Part shown: piece after piece, positions 35,332 to 47,159 of the stretch | Numbering within the stretch: position 1 is the stretch's first letter | Layout: every line of letters starts with the position of its first letter | Assembly: GCF_027924565.1 (NCBI RefSeq) | Contig: NZ_AP027041.1 | Coordinates: forward strand, 3,794,748-3,858,747 | Length of the DNA stretch: 64,000 bases | Direction of reading: 5' to 3' | Source: Lysobacter auxotrophicus | Lineage (GTDB): Bacteria > Pseudomonadota > Gammaproteobacteria > Xanthomonadales > Xanthomonadaceae | The notes under the pieces: generated by a model | Seen by the model: the letters and a program-made list of their open reading frames with translations, nothing else | Database searches by the model: none | Told to the model about the DNA's origin: nothing | Translations under genes and position numbers: made by a program

Positions 35332-35483
35332 GGGGTTTCACCGGTCATGACCTTTGTGGATACGTTCAGGGGCGCGATGGTTGCAACGCGGCCTTCACGA
35401 AATCGCGCAGGCCCGGTGCAACCGACCGGGCGGCGGCCGTATCTCTCGTCCCGTACCCCACATCACGGCCCCGGAAGACACCC

Positions 35484-35810
35484 ATGAACTTCGAAATCCT
35501 GATCCCGATCACCCTGTTCATCTGCGTCGTCTACGCCATCAAGGTGGTGGTGGACGCCCGCACCCGCGCCAAGCTGATCGCGAGCAACGGTTCGGAAGAC
35601 CTGATCCGCTCGCTCGTGCAGGCCGAAGCGCTGCAGCGCCGCCACGCCTCGCTGCGCTGGGGCATCCTGCTGCTGGCGGTCGGCCTGGGGTTCGCGCTGA
35701 TCGAAGCCTTCGGCTGGAACGAGATCACCCCCGGCGTCGTTGCCGTGCTGCTCGGCGTGACGGGCCTCGGGAACCTGGCCGCCTACGCAGCCTCGCGGAA
35801 GCTGGGGTGA
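35484..35810 (+). CDS. Small membrane protein (108 aa), function unknown
   Basis: Two TM segments. Plausible codon usage. Confidence 0.45.
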   Translation: MNFEILIPITLFICVVYAIKVVVDARTRAKLIASNGSEDLIRSLVQAEALQRRHASLRWGILLLAVGLGFALIEAFGWNEITPGVVAVLLGVTGLGNLAAYAASRKLG

Positions 35811-35948
35811 GGCCGCGCGCTCGCGCGGCACTGCCGCGCGACCCGACGAACGCCCGGCCATGGATGGCCGGGCCGGGCGATCCGTAGCCCCTCGCGTACC
35901 GCCACGGATGGCGGCGCCGCATGTACCGAGCGCGGCTAAATCAACTAA

Positions 35949-36383
35949 TCATCGTCGATCCAGCATCGTGCGCAGCACCGGCACGGTGGTGACGTCGTCC
36001 ACGCCCTTGAACGCGGCGACGCGTTCGCGCAGATCGGCGAGTTCGCCGGGCGACTCGGCCTGCACCAGCACCAGCAGATCGATCTCGCCCGCCACGCTGT
36101 GGCACAGGCGCACCTGCGGCATCGCGACCAGCAACGGCATGACGTCGTCGCAGCTGAAGCCGTCGGCGTAACGCAGCATCAGCCAGGCCTGCAGCGGGTC
36201 GCCGCTGCTGCCCAGGCGCACCGTGTACTGGGCGATCACGCCGGCGTTTTCGAGACGTTGCAGGCGTTCCTGCACGGTGCTTCGGCCGAGCCCCACGGCT
36301 TTGGCCAGCGCGACCGCCGACAGGCGCGCGTTGTCTTGCAGCAGCGCGATCAGCTGGCGGTCGATGGCGTCGAGGGTCTTCAT
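35949..36383 (-). CDS. Lrp/AsnC-family transcriptional regulator
   Basis: 144 aa. HTH (LSAVALAKAVGLGRSTVQERLQRLE) plus RAM domain. Divergent from the isochorismatase gene. Confidence 0.88.
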   Translation of the reverse strand: MKTLDAIDRQLIALLQDNARLSAVALAKAVGLGRSTVQERLQRLENAGVIAQYTVRLGSSGDPLQAWLMLRYADGFSCDDVMPLLVAMPQVRLCHSVAGEIDLLVLVQAESPGELADLRERVAAFKGVDDVTTVPVLRTMLDRR

Positions 36384-36483
36384 CGCAACGTCGGTGCCGG
36401 TGTGGCCGGCATTCTGCCGGGTTGAGACCGGCGCTGGCGAGCGCGCATCGTGGCGTCCACTCCCACGGCAGCCGCGCGAACCC

Positions 36484-37107
36484 ATGAACGCCCCCCGCTC
36501 ACCCTTCGAACTGCACGCACGCAGCGCGCTCCTCCCCATCGACGTGCAGTGCGGTTTCGACCTGCCGCCGTGGCCGCGGCGCAACAACCCGTCGATGGAA
36601 GCCAACGGCCTGCGCGTGCTCGATGCGTGGCGTCGCACGGGCCTGCCGCTGATCCACGTGCGCCACGATTCGGTGATGGAAGGCTCGGTGCTGGCGCCAG
36701 GGCATCCGGGCAATGCGCATCGCCCGGGCTTCGTTCCGCTGGAAGGCGAGCCGCTGGTGACCAAGTCGGTCAACGCCGCTTTCATCGGCACCGATCTCGA
36801 CCTGCGCCTGCGCCGCCTCGGCGTCGACACGGTCGTGCTGTTCGGCATCGCCACCGACATGTGCGTGTCGACGACGGCGCGCGTCGCGGCGAACCTGGGC
36901 TATCGCACGATCGTCGTCGGCGATGCGTGTGCGTGTTTCGACTTGAAGGATGCCGACGGCTCGGTCATTCCGGCCGAGGAGATCCATCGCGCGCATCTGG
37001 CGACGTTACGGGCCGAATTCGCGCAGGTCGTGGAAACGCTCGACGTTATCGAAGCGCTAGAGGCCCTTCTCGCGTCGGGAGAGGAGTCGATGAAGCGGCC
37101 AGGGTGA
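36484..37107 (+). CDS. Isochorismatase-family cysteine hydrolase
   Basis: LLPIDVQCGF, catalytic Cys in GIATDMCVSTT. 207 aa. Confidence 0.85.
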   Translation: MNAPRSPFELHARSALLPIDVQCGFDLPPWPRRNNPSMEANGLRVLDAWRRTGLPLIHVRHDSVMEGSVLAPGHPGNAHRPGFVPLEGEPLVTKSVNAAFIGTDLDLRLRRLGVDTVVLFGIATDMCVSTTARVAANLGYRTIVVGDACACFDLKDADGSVIPAEEIHRAHLATLRAEFAQVVETLDVIEALEALLASGEESMKRPG

Positions 37108-37208
37108 ATGAGCGGGCGCGTGACACGCGGTCCTCGCTGGGCATGCCGCCCAGGATTTCACCCCTCGCCAGCCCTCCCCTGCACGCAGGGGAGGGAGCAG
37201 GCGCGTGC

Positions 37209-38879
37209 TTACTTCCGATCGCCCGCCGTCTGATCGCGCGCCGCGCGGAACTCGCTCGACGCGTCCCAGTTCGGCCAGCGGTCCGAATCGGCGAGGTTGC
37301 GGCCGACGGTGTAAAGCAGCCCCAGGTCGCGCGCCATGCCGAGGAACGTCCAGTCGGCTTCCCATTCGTCGGCCGGCTGGTGGTAGCGGTCGGCGACGTA
37401 GGCGTCTTCCATCTTCTTGCCCGCTTCCAGGCCGCCATCGACCAGGTCGTTGCCGGAGCCGAACGAAATCGCCGGCACGCCGCGCTTGGCGAACGGGAAG
37501 TGATCGGAGCGGAAGAAGTGGCCGGCTTCGGGCTTCGGATCGGTCACGTAATCCAGATTGGCGACCTTCTTCGCGGTGTCGATCAACTCGTCGAGCAGTT
37601 CCTGCTTCGCGCTGCCGGAGGTGGTGAAGTTGCGCGCGGGCCCATGCGGGTCGAGCGCATCCATGTTGATCACGGCCACGGTCTTGCCCAGCGGATACAG
37701 CGGCTTGGAGGCGTAGTACTCCGAGCCCAGCAGGCCCTTTTCTTCCGCGGTGACGGCGAGGAACACGACCGAACGCTCCGGCTTGGGCGCCTTCGCGAAC
37801 GCGCGGCCGAGTTCGATCAGCGCGGCGGTACCGGTCGCGTTGTCGACGGCGCCGTTGTAGATCTTGTCGCCCTTCGCGTCCGGCTGGCCCACGCCGAGGT
37901 GGTCCCAGTGCGCCGAATAAACGACGGTTTCATCCGGGCGCCGGGTCCCGTCGATGCGGCCGACGATGTTATGCGAGGTGATGATCTGGCGATCCACGTC
38001 GTATTTCGCGCTCAACGTCGCGTCCTTCAGTTCGACCGGCTTGAACGCCTTCGTCTTCGCCTGCGCCTTCAGCGCGTCGAAATCCAGGCCCGACTGCTTG
38101 AACAGCTGCGTGGCGAAATCGCGCGTGATCCAGCCTTCCAGCTTCGGATGCACCGACGCCGGCTTGTCGCGCACGACGTCGAACATCGTGTTGGTGTTGG
38201 AATTCTTGACCGTCGCCCAGCCGTAGGACGCCGGGTCGGTTTCGTGCACGATCAGCAGGCCCAGCGCGCCCTGGCGCGCGGCCTCTTCGTACTTGTAGGT
38301 CCAGCGGCCGTAGTAGGTCATCGCCTTGCCGCCGAAGTCGCCTTCGCCGCCGTCGAAGTCCGGATCGTTGATCAGGACCACGGCGATCTTGCCCTTGAGG
38401 TCCACGCCCTTGAAGTCGTCCCAGCCGCGCTCCGGCGCGCTGACGCCGTAGCCGGCGAACACGAGCGGCGCCTTGCTGATGTCGATGGCGGTCGAGCCGT
38501 CCTGCGCGGCGCGCACGGCGATCTGCTCGCCCTGCGTCAGCGCCTGGGTCTTGCCCTTCACGGCGACGGAGAGGGTCGGCGTGCCCTTGATCTCGGCGCG
38601 CGCCAGCGGCACGGCCTGGGTCCATTCGCGCTTGCCGTCCTTCAGGTCGCCGCCCGGCTGCAGGCCGGCGGCCTTCATCTGCGCGACGACGTAATCGATC
38701 GTCCTGGTTTCGCCGGCCGTGGCGGGGCCGCGGCCCTCGAATTCATCGGAGGAAAGCACCTTCACGTCCTGCGAGAGGCGCTGGGGATCGATGTCGGTCG
38801 CCGCCGGCTTGCCGGCGAGCGCGGGGTTGAGGGCGAGCGAAAGGGACAGCGCGAGCAGCGATACGGCCGGTAGCTTCAT
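37209..38879 (-). CDS. M28-family secreted aminopeptidase with a PA domain
   Basis: Signal peptide. Zn ligands in HWDHLG, NGAVDNATG and EEKGLLGS. Confidence 0.85.
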   Translation of the reverse strand: MKLPAVSLLALSLSLALNPALAGKPAATDIDPQRLSQDVKVLSSDEFEGRGPATAGETRTIDYVVAQMKAAGLQPGGDLKDGKREWTQAVPLARAEIKGTPTLSVAVKGKTQALTQGEQIAVRAAQDGSTAIDISKAPLVFAGYGVSAPERGWDDFKGVDLKGKIAVVLINDPDFDGGEGDFGGKAMTYYGRWTYKYEEAARQGALGLLIVHETDPASYGWATVKNSNTNTMFDVVRDKPASVHPKLEGWITRDFATQLFKQSGLDFDALKAQAKTKAFKPVELKDATLSAKYDVDRQIITSHNIVGRIDGTRRPDETVVYSAHWDHLGVGQPDAKGDKIYNGAVDNATGTAALIELGRAFAKAPKPERSVVFLAVTAEEKGLLGSEYYASKPLYPLGKTVAVINMDALDPHGPARNFTTSGSAKQELLDELIDTAKKVANLDYVTDPKPEAGHFFRSDHFPFAKRGVPAISFGSGNDLVDGGLEAGKKMEDAYVADRYHQPADEWEADWTFLGMARDLGLLYTVGRNLADSDRWPNWDASSEFRAARDQTAGDRK

Positions 38880-39005
38880 GGAGTGGACCTGGGGTCGGAG
38901 TGCCGGCCGATGGTACGGAGGGCGTGGGCGGCGTGCCAGTCACGAACGGCACGCCGCCCGAGCCCTCTCCAGCTTGCGGGGGGCCGATGTGCGGGAACGA
39001 GGCGA

Positions 39006-39437
39006 TCAGTCCTTTTCCTTGCCGATCACCTTGCCGGTCGTCGGGTCGATCTTGAGCTCGACGTCCTTGCCGGCCGGATCGTCGGCTTCCGCGTTCCAGA
39101 TGCCGTCCTCGTAATCGACGTCGTGCACGTTGGTGTAGCCCTCGGCGGACAGGCGCGCGCGCACGTCGGCCTCGCTGAGGTTGGCGACCTGCTGGTCCGG
39201 ATAGACCTGGCCCGTCTTCGCGTCCAGGCGCAGATCCACGCGCTCGCCTTCGGCGCTGCGGGCGTCGGCCTTCCACACGCCGTCCTCGAACTTCACGTCG
39301 TTGACCTTGGTGTAGCCCTGCTCGGTCAGGCGCGCACGGACCTGCGCCTCGGTGAGCGGCGCCTTGGGCGCGGCGTCCTGGGCGAAGGCGACAGTCGACA
39401 GCGACAGCAGCGCGGTCAGCACGATGGTCTTGTTCAT
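39006..39437 (-). CDS. Periplasmic protein with two PepSY domains
   Basis: Signal peptide from MNKTIVLTALLSLSTVAFA. Tandem PepSY repeats (TEAQVRARLTEQGYTKVNDVKFEDGVWKA / SEADVRARLSAEGYTNVHDVDYEDGIWNA). Confidence 0.8.
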   Translation of the reverse strand: MNKTIVLTALLSLSTVAFAQDAAPKAPLTEAQVRARLTEQGYTKVNDVKFEDGVWKADARSAEGERVDLRLDAKTGQVYPDQQVANLSEADVRARLSAEGYTNVHDVDYEDGIWNAEADDPAGKDVELKIDPTTGKVIGKEKD

Positions 39438-39734
39438 TCCACATCTCCTCCTGTGCAGTGGCACTGGAGTCTTCTGCCGATGGCGCGAACCGTGGGTGAA
39501 TCCGACCGCCCTCGCGCGATGCGCGTTCGGCTGGGGTCAGCATGGTGATCCGCCCGTGAAAGCACACCCGAAGCGACGTGGAACCCAGCGTTGCCGCGTG
39601 CGCGGTGGTCCCGCGCGCATCGATCCCGCACACTTCACGCCTCACGTCGCCGGCCGCACGCTCGCTCACGCGCGACATCGATCCGCTCGTCTTCGTCCCG
39701 CCTCATCCGCGCGGGATGCACAGGATTTCCCGCA

Positions 39735-41009
39735 ATGAATGCACCCTCCCTCGCCGCCCCGCTCGCCCGCCCGCTGTGGCGCGATCGCGCGCTCGTGCTG
39801 GCGGGCATCGCGATGTCGGCCTTCAACCTGCGCACGGCGGTCACCTCGCTCACTCCGCTGCTCGACACGCTCGGCGAAACCTTCGGCTTCGGCCCGACGA
39901 TGACCGGCGTGCTCGGGATGGTGCCGACCGCCGCGTTCGCGGTGTTCGGCGTGGTGACGCCGGCCATCGCGCACCGCCTCGGGCTCGAGCGCACCGCGCT
40001 GGTCGCGATGGCGCTCGCGGCGATCGGCCTGTTCGCGCGCGCGTTCGTCGGCGACACGGCGATGCTGCTGGTGACCTCCGCCGTGGCGCTGTCGGGCATG
40101 GGCATGGGCAACGTCGTGCTGCCGCCGCTGGTGAAGCGTTATTTCGCCGATCGCGTCGGCACGGTGAGCACGCTGTACATCACGGTGCTGCAGCTGGGCA
40201 CGATCCTGCCGGCGCTGCTCGCGGTACCGATCGCCACCGCCGCCGGCTGGCGCGTATCGCTGGGCGCGTGGTCGCTGGTCGCTGCGGCTGCCGCGATGCC
40301 GTGGATCGGCGTGCTGTGGATGGAGCGCTTCGGCCGTTCGCGCCAGGCGGAGGCGCTGTCGGACGCGCACGATCGCGCGGTCGCCTGCGGCGATCGGGCG
40401 CCCGAACTCGACGGCGTCGAGCCCGTGACGGGTCGCGTCTGGCGATCGCCCGTCGCATGGGGCCTCACGCTGATGTTCGGCATGACGTCGCTGACGACGT
40501 ACTCGATGTTCACCTGGCTGCCCAAGCTGCTCACCGAAGCCGGCGGCTCGCCGGCGCTGGGCGGTTCGATGGTCGCGCTGTTCTCGACGATGGGCCTGCT
40601 GAGCGCGCTGTTCCTGCCCGCGCTCGCGGTGCGCATCCGCAATCCGTTCCCGATCGTGGTCGCGTGCGGCGTAGCCTACCTCGCCGCGTTCGCGGGCCTG
40701 CTGATCGCGCCGATGGCCGCGCCGCTGCTGTGGGTCGCGTTTCTAGGCCTGGGCCCGAGCACGTTCCCGCTCTCGCTCACCCTCATCAACCTGCGCACGC
40801 GCACGCCCAGCGGTTCCTCGCGGTTGTCGGGCTTCGTGCAGGGCGTGGGCTACAGCCTCAGCTGCCTGGGCCCGCTGTTGTTCGGCTGGCTGCACGAAGC
40901 CACGCACGGCTGGACGTGGCCGTTCGCGTTCCTGACGTTCTGCCTGCTCGCGCTGCTCTACGGCGGCTGGCTGGCGAGCCGCCCGCGCATGCTCGAGGAC
41001 ACCTGGTAG
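39735..41009 (+). CDS. MFS transporter (CynX/NimT-like)
   Basis: 12 TM helices. 424 aa from MNAPSLAAPLARPLWRD. Confidence 0.8.
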   Translation: MNAPSLAAPLARPLWRDRALVLAGIAMSAFNLRTAVTSLTPLLDTLGETFGFGPTMTGVLGMVPTAAFAVFGVVTPAIAHRLGLERTALVAMALAAIGLFARAFVGDTAMLLVTSAVALSGMGMGNVVLPPLVKRYFADRVGTVSTLYITVLQLGTILPALLAVPIATAAGWRVSLGAWSLVAAAAAMPWIGVLWMERFGRSRQAEALSDAHDRAVACGDRAPELDGVEPVTGRVWRSPVAWGLTLMFGMTSLTTYSMFTWLPKLLTEAGGSPALGGSMVALFSTMGLLSALFLPALAVRIRNPFPIVVACGVAYLAAFAGLLIAPMAAPLLWVAFLGLGPSTFPLSLTLINLRTRTPSGSSRLSGFVQGVGYSLSCLGPLLFGWLHEATHGWTWPFAFLTFCLLALLYGGWLASRPRMLEDTW

Positions 41010-41119
41010 GCGCGTGGCGCGCGGTTCTTCGCGCAACGCTTACATCATCGCGACGGCAGGTTCAGGCCGATCCGCGCACGCTCGTCGCACGTTTTCGATC
41101 GCATGCGAAGGAGAGTGAG

Positions 41120-41320
41120 ATGGCCCAGCCGCGCGAACCCCAACCGCACCGCACGCCCGACACCGCAGGCAAATCGCAGCGCGAGTACGAACACAGCTCC
41201 GGCGATCGCAACACCAAGAAGCACGAGACCGACTGGCAGGGTTTCCGCGGCGGCGCGCAGCGCGACGCGACACCGGGCGCTCCGGGCGTCGAATCGGAAG
41301 GCAAACCCGACGACGAGTAA
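41120..41320 (+). CDS. Small hydrophilic stress-like protein (66 aa)
   Basis: RBS GAAGGAGAG. Highly charged, no TM. Confidence 0.4.
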   Translation: MAQPREPQPHRTPDTAGKSQREYEHSSGDRNTKKHETDWQGFRGGAQRDATPGAPGVESEGKPDDE

Positions 41321-41385
41321 CCCGCGCGCGCGAAGGCTCGCCCCTCGCGCGCGGTGCGATTCGGCTACCCTGTCGCGGCTTTCCC

Positions 41386-42171
41386 ATGCCGCGACCCATG
41401 CCACTTCGTACCGTAAACGCCGCCCGTTACGTCACGCCGCTGCGCGAAGGCGGTTCGCTGCCCGCGATCATCGAAGGCGATGAAGACGGCCTGTATGTCC
41501 TGAAATTCCGCGGCGCGGGCCAGGGCGTGAAGGCGCTGGTCGCCGAGCTCGTCGCGGGCGAGATCGCACGCAGGCTCGGCTTGCCCATTCCGGAACTGGT
41601 GTTCGTCGAACTCGATGCCGAACTCGCGCGCACCGAGCCCGATCCGGAAATCCAGGAGCTGATCAAGGCCAGCGACGGCCTCAACCTCGCACTCGACTAC
41701 CTGCCCGGCGCGATCAATTTCGATCCCGTGGCCGAGCACGTGCCGGGCGGGCTCGCCTCCGACATCGTCTGGTTCGACGCTTTCGTGAGCAACGTCGACC
41801 GCAGTTTCCGCAATCCGAACCTGCTGGTCTGGCACCGCAACACGTGGCTGATCGACCACGGCGCGGCGCTGTATTTCCACCACGGCTGGGACGGCTCGCC
41901 GACGCATGCCGGCAGCGCATTCCCGATGATCCGCGAGCACGTGCTGCTGCCGCAGGCGGACGATATCGCCGGCGCCGACGCGCGGCTGTCGGGCAAGCTG
42001 GCGCGGACCGATTTCGACGCGATCCTCGCGCTCGTGCCCGACGCGTGGCTCGTCGGGGCCGACACGCCGGCCGATCCGGACGAACACCGCGCGGCGTACG
42101 TCGAACACTTCATGCAGCGGCTGGCGCAGCGGCAGCGCTTCGTCGAGGAGGCGATCCATGCACGCGCCTGA
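41386..42171 (+). CDS. HipA-like / atypical-kinase-fold phosphotransferase (no HipA N-domain), partner of DUF3037
   Basis: LKFRGAGQG… and LIDHGAALYFHH motifs. 261 aa. 14-nt overlap with the downstream gene. Confidence 0.55.
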   Translation: MPRPMPLRTVNAARYVTPLREGGSLPAIIEGDEDGLYVLKFRGAGQGVKALVAELVAGEIARRLGLPIPELVFVELDAELARTEPDPEIQELIKASDGLNLALDYLPGAINFDPVAEHVPGGLASDIVWFDAFVSNVDRSFRNPNLLVWHRNTWLIDHGAALYFHHGWDGSPTHAGSAFPMIREHVLLPQADDIAGADARLSGKLARTDFDAILALVPDAWLVGADTPADPDEHRAAYVEHFMQRLAQRQRFVEEAIHARA

Positions 42172-42568
42172 GACGCCCCGCCGCGATACCTACGACTACG
42201 CGGTGATCCGCGTGGTCCCGCGCGTGGAACGCGAGGAGTTCGTCAACGTCGGCATCCTGCTCTCGTGCCCGACGGCGAAGTTCCTTCAGGCGCGCATCGA
42301 AGTCGACGAGGCCCGGCTGCGGGCGCTCGACCCGGACATCGACCTGGAAACGGTACGTCGGCACCTCGCGGCGATCGAAGCCATCTGCGCCGGCGGCCCC
42401 GGCAGCGGCCCCATCGGCCTGCTGCCACAGCGCGCGCGGTTCCACTGGCTTACGGCCAAGCGCAGCTCGATCATCCAGACCTCGCCCGTCCACCTGGGCC
42501 GCTGCGTGCATGCCGGCAATGCGGTGGAGCACCTGATGGACCGGATGGTGCGGGTGCGGCGGGGCTGA
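42158..42568 (+). CDS. DUF3037-family protein
   Basis: YDYAVIRVVPRVEREEFVNVGILLSCP motif. 136 aa. Confidence 0.65.
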   Translation: MHAPETPRRDTYDYAVIRVVPRVEREEFVNVGILLSCPTAKFLQARIEVDEARLRALDPDIDLETVRRHLAAIEAICAGGPGSGPIGLLPQRARFHWLTAKRSSIIQTSPVHLGRCVHAGNAVEHLMDRMVRVRRG

Positions 42569-42599
42569 TCTTCGGCCTTACCCAATGAAAAGCCCGGCC

Positions 42600-42660
42600 G
42601 AAGCCGGGCGACATACGCAATAAAAAAAGCCCAGCCGAAGCCAGGCTTTTCGGTAACGCT
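42600..42660. terminator. Bidirectional rho-independent terminator (two hairpins) between the DUF3037 gene and cspA
   Basis: Hairpin GCCCGGC-CGAA-GCCGGGC. Second hairpin AAAAGCC…GGCTTTT, flanked by A-runs on the plus strand and T-runs on the minus strand. Confidence 0.6.
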
Positions 42661-42673
42661 TGGTGCGAGAGGC

Positions 42674-42883
42674 TTACAGCGCCTGCACGGCGTCGGCCTG
42701 CAGGCCCTTCTGGCCCTGGACGACGGTGAAGGACACCTTCTGGCCTTCCTGCAGGCTCTTGAAGCCCGAGCCCTGGATCGAACGGAAGTGGACGAACACG
42801 TCCTCGCCGTTCTCGCGGCTGATGAAGCCGAAGCCCTTGGCATCGTTGAACCACTTGACGGTACCGGTTTCACGGTTCGACAT
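42674..42883 (-). CDS. cspA: Cold-shock protein, CspA family
   Basis: [15 protein letters not shown] (RNP1) and VFVHF (RNP2). 69 aa. Confidence 0.95.
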   Translation of the reverse strand: MSNRETGTVKWFNDAKGFGFISRENGEDVFVHFRSIQGSGFKSLQEGQKVSFTVVQGQKGLQADAVQAL

Positions 42884-43117
42884 GACTTTCTCCTATACGG
42901 ATGGTGAGACCGCTAACGCGGCTATGGAGCTGGTCGCAAGGAGAAAGCGAGGTGCAACGATGGAGAACGGAATCCACATCGGGTCACATTCACCGTGACC
43001 CTTGGCTAACGCAGCGCAGGGCATGTTGGACGTGTTTGGTCGGATTTGCAAATCCCGACCGGGCCGGGCGGTTCAGATACGATCCCCGTTCAGGTTTTCC
43101 AGGATCCCTGCGCTGCG

Positions 43118-43402
43118 ATGACGGTTTATGTCGATGATGCGGTCCATCTCTGGCGCGGCCGCCGCTGGGCCCACCTGATGGCCGACACCCTCGACGAGCT
43201 GCACGCGATGGCCGACCGGCTGGACATCCCCCGGCGCGCCTTCCAGAACAAGACGTCGGGGGCGCACTACGACGTCCCGTCGGACCTGCGCGAGAAGGCA
43301 ATCGGGTTCGGCGCGGTCGCGATCTCGCGACACCGCGATCGCGCCCAGGTCCGGGCGGTGATCGCGCGCGCCAAGGCGCAGGGGCGCGGCGAGCATCCGT
43401 GA
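43118..43402 (+). CDS. DUF4031-family protein
   Basis: MTVYVDD…HLMADTLDELHAMADRLDIPRR. Confidence 0.6.
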   Translation: MTVYVDDAVHLWRGRRWAHLMADTLDELHAMADRLDIPRRAFQNKTSGAHYDVPSDLREKAIGFGAVAISRHRDRAQVRAVIARAKAQGRGEHP

Positions 43403-43493
43403 CGACCCGCCCGAGGCTGCGTGTTCGCGGAACCGCACGTATCCTGTGCGGCCCCGGCGCACGCGCCCGGTTTCAACCGCACGGATCCACGCC

Positions 43494-43746
43494 ATGACCG
43501 ACACCCCGCCCGACCGCCTCTCCAACGACGCGCGCAGCCCGTTCTATGACGAGGCGGTGCTCGAACGCGGCATCGGCATCCGCTTCAACGGCGTCGAGCG
43601 CACCAACGTCGACGAGTACTGCATCAGCGAAGGCTGGGTGCGCCTGCCGGTCGGCAAGGCGCTGGATCGCCGCCGGCAATCCGATGACGATGAAGCACAA
43701 GGGCACGGTTGAGGCCTGGTACCGCGACGCCGAAGAGGCGCAGTAA
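43494..43746 (+). pseudogene. DUF3297-family gene interrupted by a +1 frameshift (or sequencing error) in a CGCCGCCGGC run
   Basis: Frame 0 gives MTDTPPDRLSNDARSPFYDEAVLERGIGIRFNGVERTNVDEYCISEGWVRLPVGKALDRR, then a stop. The natural continuation GNPMTMKHKGTVEAWYRDAEEAQ is in the +1 frame (ORF 43546..43746). Confidence 0.5.
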
Positions 43747-43749
43747 GCC

Positions 43750-44469
43750 TCAGAGCCCCGCCAGGTAGCGGCCCGGATCGATCCGCTGGCCGTACTGGCG
43801 CACTTCGAAATGCAGGTGCGGACCGGTCGAACGGCCGGTCGAGCCCATTTTCGAGATCTCCTGCCCCGCCAGCACCACGTCGCCGGGGCGGACTTCCAGC
43901 CGGCTGTTGTGCGCGTACAGCGTCACGATGCCCTGGCCGTGGTCGATCATCACCACGTTGCCGTAATCCTTGCTGTAGCGCGCCTGCACGACGACGCCGT
44001 CGCCGACGGCGTGCACGGGCGTGCCGAGCGCCCCGGCGAAATCGATGCCGCTGTGGAACGCGTCGCCGTGGCCGAACGGATCGTGCCGGCGGCCGAAGCC
44101 GGAGGTGATCCGCACCGGCGCCACCGGCAGCAGGCTGAGCAGGCGATCGCGCCAGCCGCGTTTCACCGGGTTCCAGGCGACGGACGAGAGTTCGACCGCG
44201 TCGTCGGCCTTTCGCAGCGGTGCGGCCTCCATGCGCGACAGATCGGCGACGAGGTCGTAGTGCGGCGCCTGCGCGGCCGGAATATACGGCCCACCCATGC
44301 CAGCCTCGGTCACGGCCGTCCGGGTCGGCACGGCGACATGCGAACGCGCCCAGCCGGATCCTGCGCTGGTGGCGGCGGTCATGACCGCGGCGGCGCAGAT
44401 CAGCTGGAGGCTGCTGCGCCAACCGCAGCGGATGGGACGGGTTCGGGCGTTGCGTACGGCGGGGGACAT
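43750..44469 (-). CDS. M23-family metallopeptidase (LytM/lysostaphin-like)
   Basis: HxGxD (FHSGIDFAG) and HxH (LHFEVR) motifs. Signal peptide. Confidence 0.85.
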   Translation of the reverse strand: MSPAVRNARTRPIRCGWRSSLQLICAAAVMTAATSAGSGWARSHVAVPTRTAVTEAGMGGPYIPAAQAPHYDLVADLSRMEAAPLRKADDAVELSSVAWNPVKRGWRDRLLSLLPVAPVRITSGFGRRHDPFGHGDAFHSGIDFAGALGTPVHAVGDGVVVQARYSKDYGNVVMIDHGQGIVTLYAHNSRLEVRPGDVVLAGQEISKMGSTGRSTGPHLHFEVRQYGQRIDPGRYLAGL

Positions 44470-44768
44470 GGACGACTCCGTGAAACGATCGGCGGCGTCC
44501 GGCGACCGGACGCAAGGACTCCTGGCTGGGTTCCCGGCGAGACCTGGCTGCCGGACGATGGCGCCGCGAGGCGCAGGGAGAAGTCTCCGGATCCGGCCCC
44601 GGCGTCGATATGAGACACGTCCGAAAAAGTCTCAGCGCGCGCCCTTGACGCGTTAAGGATTCATGGGTCCGAACCGGAAACGCCGGCTGTACGCCGCCAG
44701 CGTCGGCACCGCCGGGGCGTGCGCGCGGTGGGAGAATCCGATCGCTCCCATCCCTTGCGGAGGTCGCC

Positions 44769-45311
44769 ATGAAACTGCGCCTCGTCGTTCTGTCCCTCGC
44801 GCTCGCGCTGGCTTCCACGGCCCACGCCGCGGCGCGCAACGTCACCGACCCACAGGCCCCGCGCGCCTTGCCCGAAAGCGATTCGGTCAACGTCCGATGG
44901 GAAGATCCTTCGCGCTTCAGCGAACTGCGCTACAGCGGCAACCGCTGGGAAGCCTCGCGCGGCGACTGGGTGCAGGAACTGGCCGCGTACATCCGCGAGC
45001 GTGCCGACAAGCGCCTGCCCGCCGGACAGCGCCTGGACGTCGACATCCTCGACATCCGCCGCGCCGGGGGATTCGAGGGGTGGCACGGCCCGAACCTGCA
45101 GAACACGCGCATCATCCGCGACGTCTATCCGCCGCGCATGACGCTCAACGTGCGGCTCACCGACGCCGGTGGCAACGTGATCGCGCAGGGCGAGCGCAAG
45201 CTCAGCGACCCGGGCTTCCTGATGGGCGACACGTCATCGCTCGATACCGATCCGCTGCGCTTCGAAAAGCGCCTGATCGATCGCTGGCTCTCGCAGGAAC
45301 TCAAGAGCTAG
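44769..45311 (+). CDS. DUF3016-family periplasmic protein
   Basis: Signal peptide MKLRLVVLSLALALASTAHA. 180 aa. Confidence 0.6.
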   Translation: MKLRLVVLSLALALASTAHAAARNVTDPQAPRALPESDSVNVRWEDPSRFSELRYSGNRWEASRGDWVQELAAYIRERADKRLPAGQRLDVDILDIRRAGGFEGWHGPNLQNTRIIRDVYPPRMTLNVRLTDAGGNVIAQGERKLSDPGFLMGDTSSLDTDPLRFEKRLIDRWLSQELKS

Positions 45312-45370
45312 GCGCACGAAGCGGCGACGCCTCGCACGAGGTTCCAGTGCCTGCTTTCTTCCCCTCGTTC

Positions 45371-47094
<1,724 letters not shown>

Positions 47095-47159
47095 GCCGTG
47101 GTCCTTTTCCTGCGGTGAACCCGCGGCATCGTACCGGAGCGGCGTTCGCGGCATGTCGC

